Of a DNA stretch of 48,684 nt, positions 37,453-44,743 are shown one piece after another (the stretch's first letter is position 1; each line of letters opens with the position of its first letter). The translations under genes were made by a program, and so were the position numbers. The notes beneath the pieces are model-generated. The model made no database searches and was not told the DNA's origin. It saw only the letters and a list, made by a program, of their open reading frames with translations. The DNA is taken from positions 1 to 48,684 of the IMG/VR virus record IMGVR_UViG_3300020171_000017; one strand, 5' to 3'. The stretch comes from a virus (lineage: Duplodnaviria > Heunggongvirae > Uroviricota > Caudoviricetes).

Positions 37453-38414
37453 AGACGGCTTTAATTACTGGAATTAATGGGCAAGTAGCTTCTTATCTTG
37501 CTGAATTATTATTAGAGAAAGAATATAGAGTTTTTGGAATTATGCGTAGACAAAGTAACGAAAATTTAATTAATATTAAACATTTAATAAATAAAATATC
37601 TATTATACATGGAGACTTAACAGATGAGACATCATTATTAGAAGCCATAAATTTATGCCTACCTGATGAGGTATATAATACTGCTGCCCAAAGCCATGTA
37701 CATGTTTCTTGGATGCAACCTATTTTGACAACAGATATTAATTTAAATGGTTGTTTAAAGTTATTAGAAATAATTAGAAAAGCTGATAAAAAAATAAAAT
37801 TATTACAATGTTCATCTAGTGAGCAATTTGGAAATGTTTTAGAGGTGCCGCAGACAGAAAAAACTCCTTTTAATCCAGTGTCCCCTTATGCAGTAGCTAA
37901 AACTGCGGCGTATTATATGATGCGCACTTATAGATTCAGCTACAACATGTTTTGTTCCAATGCTATAAATTTTAACACAGAATCAGCACGTAGAGGCGTA
38001 GAATTCGTCACCCGTAAGATATCTCAAGGCGTAGCTAAAATACACTACGATCGCACGCAACGCATCACTCTCGGGAACCTTTCCTCCCAGCGCGACTGGT
38101 CTCACGCAAAAGATATCGTAAAAGGCATGTACCTTATTATGCAACATAATGAACCAGATGATTTCGTACTTTGTTCAGGTGAAACACACTCAATACGAGA
38201 ATTTTTAACTGAAGCATTTAGCGTTATTGGTATCACTGATTGGACGCCGTATGTTGAAATAGATCAGAAATTCATGCGTCCAGCAGAGGTGAACTTGCTT
38301 CAAGGAGACTACACTAAAGCTAAAACAGTTTTAGGGTGGCAACCTACAGTTAGTTTTAAAGAATTAGTAAAAGAAATGGTCGAAAATGATATTAAACTTT
38401 TAAAAGTGCCTTGA
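37449..38414 (+). CDS. gmd: GDP-mannose 4,6-dehydratase
   Basis: ALITGINGQ, AAQSHV, SSSEQFG, SPYAVAK, RGVEFVTRKI, LGNL...RDW. Confidence 0.93.
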   Translation: MKTALITGINGQVASYLAELLLEKEYRVFGIMRRQSNENLINIKHLINKISIIHGDLTDETSLLEAINLCLPDEVYNTAAQSHVHVSWMQPILTTDINLNGCLKLLEIIRKADKKIKLLQCSSSEQFGNVLEVPQTEKTPFNPVSPYAVAKTAAYYMMRTYRFSYNMFCSNAINFNTESARRGVEFVTRKISQGVAKIHYDRTQRITLGNLSSQRDWSHAKDIVKGMYLIMQHNEPDDFVLCSGETHSIREFLTEAFSVIGITDWTPYVEIDQKFMRPAEVNLLQGDYTKAKTVLGWQPTVSFKELVKEMVENDIKLLKVP

Positions 38415-38439
38415 TACTTTCCTTTTTATATGGTATACT
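38411..38439 (+). promoter_or_regulatory. sigma70-type promoter
   Basis: TTGATA (38411-38416), 17 bp spacer, TATACT (38434-38439), with an extended TG. Confidence 0.7.
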
Positions 38440-38492
38440 TTTAATATCTAAAGTTGTAATTATAACTATGTGGAACTATATCTGAAAGTGTA

Positions 38493-38521
38493 GTCCTACT
38501 CTTAAACAAAGCTAGCGGGCT
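38493..38521 (+). promoter_or_regulatory. Conserved 29-nt element, copy 2 (boxA-like)
   Basis: GTCCTACTCTTAAACAAAGCTAGCGGGCT, 28 of 29 identical to copies 1 and 3. Confidence 0.7.
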
Positions 38522-38553
38522 AAATTATATAAACCATAATTTAGCCTTTTTTT
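38518..38553 (+). terminator. Intrinsic terminator
   Basis: GGCTAAATTAT-ATAAACC-ATAATTTAGCC followed by T7. Confidence 0.85.
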
Positions 38554-38567
38554 ATGTCTAAAATTGA

Positions 38568-39536
38568 ATGTTAAGTGCGATTTTACCAGCTAGAAACGAG
38601 CCTTATTTACAAAAGACAATCGACTCACTTTTGATTTCAGCCGAAGGCGAGCTAGAGGTCATCGTCATACTTGACGGCTATTGGCCAGAGCCGCCTTTAA
38701 AAGATGATAAGCGGGTAATAATCATACATCGCAGCGAAGCCAAAGGCATGCAGAACGGCGTAAATTCTGCTGTTCAAATCGCAAAAGGCAAGTACATAAT
38801 GAAATGCGACGCGCATTGCCTGTTTGCTAAAGGATTTGATACTATATTAAAAAAAGATTGTGAAGAGAATTGGTTAGCTGTACCGCCACGGTATAGTTTA
38901 GATGTAGAGAAATGGCTGCCTAAAACCGAGAAACGCCTGCCTGTATGCTATGATTTTATTACCTTTCCTTACGGCAACGATGATATTTATGGTTCAGGCA
39001 TTCATGGCCGTAAATGGACTGGCAACAATATGGGGTTTAATAGCTATTATGAGAAAGAAATAGCGCGTAAAGATATCTTAATTGATGATGTAATATCTAT
39101 CCAAGGCTCTTGTTGGTTTATGCATAAACAGCATTTTTTAAATATAGATGGGCAAGATGAAGTACACAGTAGCTTTTACCAAGAACCGCAAGAGATGGTA
39201 TTCAAGACATGGCTTTCTGGCGGCAGGTGCGTAGTCAATAAAAATACGTGGTACGCGCATTGGCATAAGAATAAAGGCAGCCAATATGGCTTTAGTATAA
39301 ATCAGAAGAAAGATACAGAAAAGTTTTCTTCTTGGTGTTGGATGACGAATCAATGGCCAAAAAGAATTAGAGATATAAAATGGCTGATAGATAAATTCAT
39401 GCCGATGCCTGGCTGGTCTAATAATTGGGAAGAAGAAATTATTCAATATTATAAAGATCATATAGAATTAGTGGCTAACTTCAGAATATTCGATAAAGAT
39501 GGAAAGGATGGTTTTAAATTAAATGGATGCAATTAA
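38568..39536 (+). CDS. GT2 family glycosyltransferase
   Basis: SAILPARNE, VILDG, KCDAH. Paralog of the N-domain of 43019-44743. Confidence 0.88.
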   Translation: MLSAILPARNEPYLQKTIDSLLISAEGELEVIVILDGYWPEPPLKDDKRVIIIHRSEAKGMQNGVNSAVQIAKGKYIMKCDAHCLFAKGFDTILKKDCEENWLAVPPRYSLDVEKWLPKTEKRLPVCYDFITFPYGNDDIYGSGIHGRKWTGNNMGFNSYYEKEIARKDILIDDVISIQGSCWFMHKQHFLNIDGQDEVHSSFYQEPQEMVFKTWLSGGRCVVNKNTWYAHWHKNKGSQYGFSINQKKDTEKFSSWCWMTNQWPKRIRDIKWLIDKFMPMPGWSNNWEEEIIQYYKDHIELVANFRIFDKDGKDGFKLNGCN

Positions 39537-40131
39537 CAAAGCGATTTGGGCAAAGTTTCATGTGCATTACAACGATGTTGTACCATACCAAGGCTGGGTA
39601 GGGACGCGATTGCAGTTAGCTGAATTGTTTAGTGAATTAGGCTATAAAAACGGCGCTGAAGTAGGCGTAGATAAAGGTAAATACTCGGAAATATTATTAC
39701 AATGCAATTCAAATTTAAAATTAAAATTAGTAGACCCTTGGAAAGCATATGGGCACCATAAAGATTCAGATATAGAAGCTTGTTATCAGTATGCTTTACA
39801 ACGTATTAATAAATTTAAAGACAGAGTAGAGTTTGTACGTGAATATAGCGTTGAAGCAGCCAAAAAGATACCTAATAATTCATTGGATTTTGTGTATATA
39901 GATGCAATGCATGATTTTGACAGTGTAATACAAGATATCATAGCTTGGGTGCCGAAAGTCAGAGTTGGCGGCATTGTTGCCGGCCATGATTATTACAAGG
40001 TCTATCAATACGGCGTTATACCTGCGGTAGATGCGTATACACGTGTACATGGCATAAACTTATGGTATATCACAAGAGAAGAAGGGCGCAGGATTGAGGG
40101 GGTACCTTCTTGGTTTTGGGTGAAATTTTGA
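39523..40131 (+). CDS. Class I SAM-dependent methyltransferase (Methyltransf_24-like)
   Basis: AEVGVDKG, LDFVYIDAMH, VRVGGIVAGHDY. Confidence 0.9.
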   Translation: MDAINKAIWAKFHVHYNDVVPYQGWVGTRLQLAELFSELGYKNGAEVGVDKGKYSEILLQCNSNLKLKLVDPWKAYGHHKDSDIEACYQYALQRINKFKDRVEFVREYSVEAAKKIPNNSLDFVYIDAMHDFDSVIQDIIAWVPKVRVGGIVAGHDYYKVYQYGVIPAVDAYTRVHGINLWYITREEGRRIEGVPSWFWVKF

Positions 40132-40862
40132 AAGTCTCAATTGTGGCCGCTATTTACAACAGCCATAAGGTTGTGATACGCCAGATCAGGCATTTTAAAC
40201 ATATGCGATTGCCTGATGATGTAGAGATAATATTTATGGATGACGGCAGTAATCCGCCGATTACATATAATACTTGGACTAAAAATTTTAATATTTACCG
40301 CATAGAAGAGAAACGCGCATGGACGCAAGGTTTAGCCAGAAATAAAGGCGCCGCGATAGCGAAAGGTGAGTTCTTATTATTTACCGATATCGATCATATT
40401 ATAACCAGAGAAGCGATAGAAGCGGTACGTAATTTTAGGTTTGATAAAATGGTGTTTCGAAGAAAGTTTGGCATATTTGATAGAAGAGGAAATATCTTAA
40501 GTGATAAAGCAAAATTAGATGTCTTTGGTGTTAGTCCTAAATATAAACGCAGAGGATATCAAGCAGGTGTGCATGGCAACACTTACGCGATACGCAGAAC
40601 GGTTTTTTTTGAGTTAGGCGGTTATAACCCAAAATACTGCGAAAATGAATTTCATGTTGGCGGCAAGTATATGTCAGAAGAAAGAAATTTTAATATCAGG
40701 TGGCAGAATAGAGTTGAAAGAAAAGAAAGTAAACCTGCCGCAGGCGGGCCTGATATTTATGTATATCCAATCGGCAGGTTTCATAGTTTAGGTGATGAAA
40801 ATCCAGGCGGTTTGTTTCATAATTTAAGCAGAGAGCAGGTGCCGCAGCCATGCAAGATTTGA
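40128..40862 (+). CDS. GT2 family glycosyltransferase
   Basis: VSIVAAIYN, MDDGS, ARNKGA, FTDIDH. TTG 40128 by TTGA coupling. Confidence 0.85.
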   Translation: MKVSIVAAIYNSHKVVIRQIRHFKHMRLPDDVEIIFMDDGSNPPITYNTWTKNFNIYRIEEKRAWTQGLARNKGAAIAKGEFLLFTDIDHIITREAIEAVRNFRFDKMVFRRKFGIFDRRGNILSDKAKLDVFGVSPKYKRRGYQAGVHGNTYAIRRTVFFELGGYNPKYCENEFHVGGKYMSEERNFNIRWQNRVERKESKPAAGGPDIYVYPIGRFHSLGDENPGGLFHNLSREQVPQPCKI

Positions 40863-41548
40863 GCGTGATTTTTTATACTTCAAACTATATCACAGATTTT
40901 TTCGCTGAAAACGTAAGAAAGAATTTGTTGTGGTGTATTGGCGATATGCCATTAATAAGCGTATCGCAAAAACCGATGGATTTCGGCAGAAATATTTGTG
41001 TTGGCGATATAGGCAGGTCGCATTTGAATATATACCGCCAGATATTAATCGGCGCGAAAGCCGCTGAGACTGAATATGTGGCTTTAGCTGAAGATGATAT
41101 TTTTTATACGCCTGGGCATTTCACTTTCAGGCCTACGTCTAAAGAAGTATTTGCTTATAACTACAATAAATGGGGCCTTTATACTTGGACTTCACCGCCG
41201 ATCTATTCTTATTTAGGCAATCTTGTGGTTAATCAATTAATAGCATCTAGAAACTATCTTGTTGATGCATTAGAAGAAAGGTTTAATAAATATCCCGACG
41301 AAAGTAAAATCGATTTAAGCTGTTGGAAAGACCCAGGCAGGCGAGAGAATAGGTTAGGCGTTACTGAAAGAAAAACAGAACGGTTTGATTCGCCTGAACC
41401 AAGTATTGTGTTTTCACATGAAGACGCTTTTGGTTATGCTAATTTAGGCAAAAATAAAGCGCACGGCGCGGTTAGAAAAGATTATTTAGAACCTTGGGGC
41501 TACGCTTCTAATATGATGAAGTTATATAAAGGCAGAAATGCATCTTAA
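40850..41548 (+). CDS. Divergent GT-A fold glycosyltransferase-like protein
   Basis: SVIFYT...LISVSQKP...YRQILIG...EYVALAEDDIFY (DxD-like). Paralog of the C-domain of 43019-44743. Confidence 0.65.
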   Translation: MQDLSVIFYTSNYITDFFAENVRKNLLWCIGDMPLISVSQKPMDFGRNICVGDIGRSHLNIYRQILIGAKAAETEYVALAEDDIFYTPGHFTFRPTSKEVFAYNYNKWGLYTWTSPPIYSYLGNLVVNQLIASRNYLVDALEERFNKYPDESKIDLSCWKDPGRRENRLGVTERKTERFDSPEPSIVFSHEDAFGYANLGKNKAHGAVRKDYLEPWGYASNMMKLYKGRNAS

Positions 41549-42014
41549 AATACAGCCATTACCTATCACACACATGTCTGTTCTTATTGATATAGTAAGA
41601 AGGACCAACGGCGATGTTCTTGAGATGGGGATTGGAATAGGCAGTACGCCTGTATTGCATGAACTTTGCCGAGGAAGAAAGTTAGTATCTTATGACAGTT
41701 CTAAAGAATATGTCGATGCTTTTATGAGTTTAGCGAGTGATTGGCATGAATTAAGTTTTGTTGAAGATTGGGCTAAAATAGCTATCGAAAAACCTTGGAG
41801 TATCGCATTTATCGATCATGCACCTTGTGGCCGTAGAAGGTATGATATAGCCAGGCTTAAAGATTTTGCTGATTACGTTATTGTTCACGATACTGAACAA
41901 GATGTAGATAGGTTTTATCGTTATAAAGGCGCGTTTTCTTTATATAGATACCGCCGTGATTATACATTTGCTAAACCTTTTACAACTGTCTTAAGTAATC
42001 GCCATGCCTTATAA
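41538..42014 (+). CDS. Class I SAM methyltransferase-like protein
   Basis: VLEMGIGIGST, LVSYD, IAFIDH, VIVHD. Confidence 0.7.
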   Translation: MHLKIQPLPITHMSVLIDIVRRTNGDVLEMGIGIGSTPVLHELCRGRKLVSYDSSKEYVDAFMSLASDWHELSFVEDWAKIAIEKPWSIAFIDHAPCGRRRYDIARLKDFADYVIVHDTEQDVDRFYRYKGAFSLYRYRRDYTFAKPFTTVLSNRHAL

Positions 42015-42243
42015 AAACCGTGAGCCTGTTTCTGAAAAAATTATGGATATTAAAGATTACGAAGGGCATCATTCTATTTGCCAATTTTTAAGAGATATTT
42101 ACCATAAAACCAATGATGAAGAGATAAAACTAAAATGCCGTGTGGCGGTAGCAATGGCAAAAGCGATGAACGAAAAGCTAAAATGGTATAAAGCAAAAGA
42201 TTTGGGGATACCTGTTAGCACTATGCCTGATTTAGAAGAATGA
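42004..42243 (+). CDS. Hypothetical protein
   Basis: 79-aa helical ORF overlapping both neighbours. Confidence 0.6.
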   Translation: MPYKNREPVSEKIMDIKDYEGHHSICQFLRDIYHKTNDEEIKLKCRVAVAMAKAMNEKLKWYKAKDLGIPVSTMPDLEE

Positions 42244-43028
42244 TTGTGGATTGTTTTCCATTTTTCAATGAGTTGGATGTTTTAGAAATTAGATTAAATA
42301 GTTTAGCGCCTTATGTCGATAGATTTGTTTTAACAGAATGCAATGTTACTCATAGCGGTAACCAAAAACCATTGTTCTTTGCGGAAAATAAAGAAAGGTT
42401 TAAAAATTTTAATATCATGCATTTAATCTGTCCGCCACCTGAAACAGATATGAAATCTATACCTGGCACATTAAACAATAACGCTTGGCGGTTAGAGCAT
42501 CGTGATAGAGAGTTTTTAATGAATGGCATAAAAGATTTAGATCAAGACGATATAATTTTATTATCTGATGCTGATGAAATACCTGATTTAACACAATATA
42601 AAAAAGGTACGGAAGGTGCATTTAAACAAAAGATTTATTATTATTACCTTAACTGTTATGCAGGCATAAAGAATTGGAAAGGTACTATCGCTATAAAGAA
42701 GAAGAATATAAAAACTATGAACCATACAAGAAACCATAGAGCGATGTATCAGACTATCGTGGTTGGTGGCTGGCATTTTTCAACTATGGGAAATGTAGAA
42801 CAGATTAAATACAAAATTGAATCGGTCGCACATCAAGAATTGAATACAGATGCGTTTAAAGATAACATTGAAATGAATAGAAAAGACTTAATAGATCCTT
42901 ATGGTGGCTGGAGACCAGGTCGTCCGCCAAATTGGCAAGGTAGAAATGTAAAGTTATCGATTGAAATGCCTGATGGTCCAAAATGGTTATTAGAAAATAA
43001 AGAAAGGTATCCAAAATTATGGATTTGA
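42240..43028 (+). CDS. GT17 (beta-1,4-GlcNAc transferase, MGAT3-like) glycosyltransferase
   Basis: DCFPFFNELDVLEIRL...VDRFVLTE...THSG..KP, LSDADEIP, GWHFS. Confidence 0.88.
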   Translation: MIVDCFPFFNELDVLEIRLNSLAPYVDRFVLTECNVTHSGNQKPLFFAENKERFKNFNIMHLICPPPETDMKSIPGTLNNNAWRLEHRDREFLMNGIKDLDQDDIILLSDADEIPDLTQYKKGTEGAFKQKIYYYYLNCYAGIKNWKGTIAIKKKNIKTMNHTRNHRAMYQTIVVGGWHFSTMGNVEQIKYKIESVAHQELNTDAFKDNIEMNRKDLIDPYGGWRPGRPPNWQGRNVKLSIEMPDGPKWLLENKERYPKLWI

Positions 43029-44743
43029 GTATCTTAATTCCAGCACGAAACGAGATTTTCTTGGCTAAAACTATAGAAAATATCCTTGAAAATATTCAAG
43101 GCGATACTGAAGTGATCGCTGTATGCGATGGTTATTGGCCAAAACCTGAAATTAAAGACCATAAAAGAGTGACGCTCGTGCATTATACCGAATCTATCGG
43201 CCAACGTGCAGCGACTAATGTTGCGGCTAAAATATCACGAGCTAAATATTTACTGAAATGCGATGCGCACTGTGCTTTTGCTAAAGGCTTTGATGTGCAG
43301 ATGCTGGCCGATATGCAAGATGATTTTACAATGGTGCCAATTATGCGTAATCTGCACGCTTTCGATTGGGTTTGTGCTGATGGACATAGAAGATATCAAG
43401 GGCCTAGCGGTGTATGCAAAGAATGTGGTAAAGAAACGAAAATGGATGTAGTCTGGATTGCAAAGAATAATCCACAGAGCACTTCTTATTGTTTTGATCC
43501 AGAACCCCATTTCCAGTATTTCAATGAATTTAAAAATAGACCGGAATCTAAAGGAGACCTGACCGAGACAATGTCTTTACAAGGCTCTTGTTTTATGTGT
43601 ACCCGCAATAAATATTTTGAATTGGGATTATGCAGTGAAGAATTCGGTAGCTGGGGGTCTCAAGGGATTGAAGTGGCATGTCGTACATGGCTTTCTGGGG
43701 GAAGAGTAATAGTTAATCATAAAACATTTTATGCTCATATGTTTAGAACGCAAGGACAGGATTTTGGTTTTCCATATGTTTTATCTGGTAAACAAGTAGT
43801 ACATGCTAAAAAATCAGCAAAAGATTTATTTTTTAATAATAAATGGGAAAAGCAAGTAAAACCTTTATCGTGGTTAATTGAAAAATTCTGGCCGATACCA
43901 GGGTGGAATCAAGAAGATTTAGATGTGATTAGAAAGATAGATTTGCCTTTTAAATCTGTTCTTCAAGATCAAATTGATATGAATTATAATAAAGAAATTA
44001 TTATGCCTAACGAAATGCCTTCTTTTGCAGTAAATATTTCTACTTCTATAAAAGGGCTAGTTTATTACACCGACAACAATTGTGAAGAAAAAATTTTATC
44101 CGCTTGCCAAAATCAATTAAAAGTTTGCTGTAATGGCAATCAGTTAGTATCTGTATCTTTGCAACCGATAAATTTTGGAGAGAATATAGTGTTGAATGAA
44201 AAAAGAAGTGCATTGACTATGTTTAAACAAATTTTGGCAGGTCTTGAGAAGATAAAATCAGAAGTTGTATTCCTAGTTGAGCATGATGTTTTATATTCAA
44301 AAGAACATTTTGATTTTATGCCTTTTAGAAAAGATATTATTTATTATAATGAAAATATCTGGTTTTTAAGGATAAGCGACGGACATGCCATGCATTATGA
44401 CTGTAAACAAACATCAGGTTTATGCGCGTATCGCGATATTTTAATAAAACATTATAAAGAAAGGGTAAATTTAGTAGAAAAAGAAGGTTACAGTAACAGA
44501 ATAGGTTATGAACCGATGACGCATAACAGAATTAAATGGAATAATATTTATAAAGCTGAAGGTTGGAAATCTTTAGTGCCTAATATAGATATTCGGCATG
44601 GTAAAAATCTTTCTGGTGCTAGGTGGAGAAAAGATCAATATAGAAATCAGCATTTATTGATAAATTGGACTGAAAGTGATAATGGAGTGCCTGGATGGGG
44701 AAATAATAAAAATATTTTTATTGAATTGACAAAGGAAATATAA
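43019..44743 (+). CDS. Bifunctional GT2 + GT-A-like glycosyltransferase
   Basis: N-domain SILIPARNE...KCDAH. C-domain LVYYT...LVSVSLQP...FKQILAG...VFLVEHDVLY. Confidence 0.85.
   Translation: MDLSILIPARNEIFLAKTIENILENIQGDTEVIAVCDGYWPKPEIKDHKRVTLVHYTESIGQRAATNVAAKISRAKYLLKCDAHCAFAKGFDVQMLADMQDDFTMVPIMRNLHAFDWVCADGHRRYQGPSGVCKECGKETKMDVVWIAKNNPQSTSYCFDPEPHFQYFNEFKNRPESKGDLTETMSLQGSCFMCTRNKYFELGLCSEEFGSWGSQGIEVACRTWLSGGRVIVNHKTFYAHMFRTQGQDFGFPYVLSGKQVVHAKKSAKDLFFNNKWEKQVKPLSWLIEKFWPIPGWNQEDLDVIRKIDLPFKSVLQDQIDMNYNKEIIMPNEMPSFAVNISTSIKGLVYYTDNNCEEKILSACQNQLKVCCNGNQLVSVSLQPINFGENIVLNEKRSALTMFKQILAGLEKIKSEVVFLVEHDVLYSKEHFDFMPFRKDIIYYNENIWFLRISDGHAMHYDCKQTSGLCAYRDILIKHYKERVNLVEKEGYSNRIGYEPMTHNRIKWNNIYKAEGWKSLVPNIDIRHGKNLSGARWRKDQYRNQHLLINWTESDNGVPGWGNNKNIFIELTKEI

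Noticed and set aside
38470-38546. c-di-GMP-I (GEMM) riboswitch, suggested by ACAAAGCTA..GGGCTAA and a GAAA-containing hairpin in copy 2
   Set aside because: The GGCAAA/P2 half is missing in copies 1 and 3, and the stem is fully paired with no tetraloop receptor. An Infernal search against the Rfam c-di-GMP-I model would settle it.
38554-38574. Leader peptide MSKIEC after terminator copy 2
   Set aside because: The ATG is part of the conserved TTTTTTATGT tail. It has six codons, no RBS and no equivalent in the other copies.
17750-44743. Host O-antigen/capsule locus or serotype-conversion cassette
   Set aside because: No membrane, flippase, polymerase or initiating transferase genes. It is embedded between head genes and shares the phage-specific promoter-boxA cassette. 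Not fully excluded without the rest of the genome.
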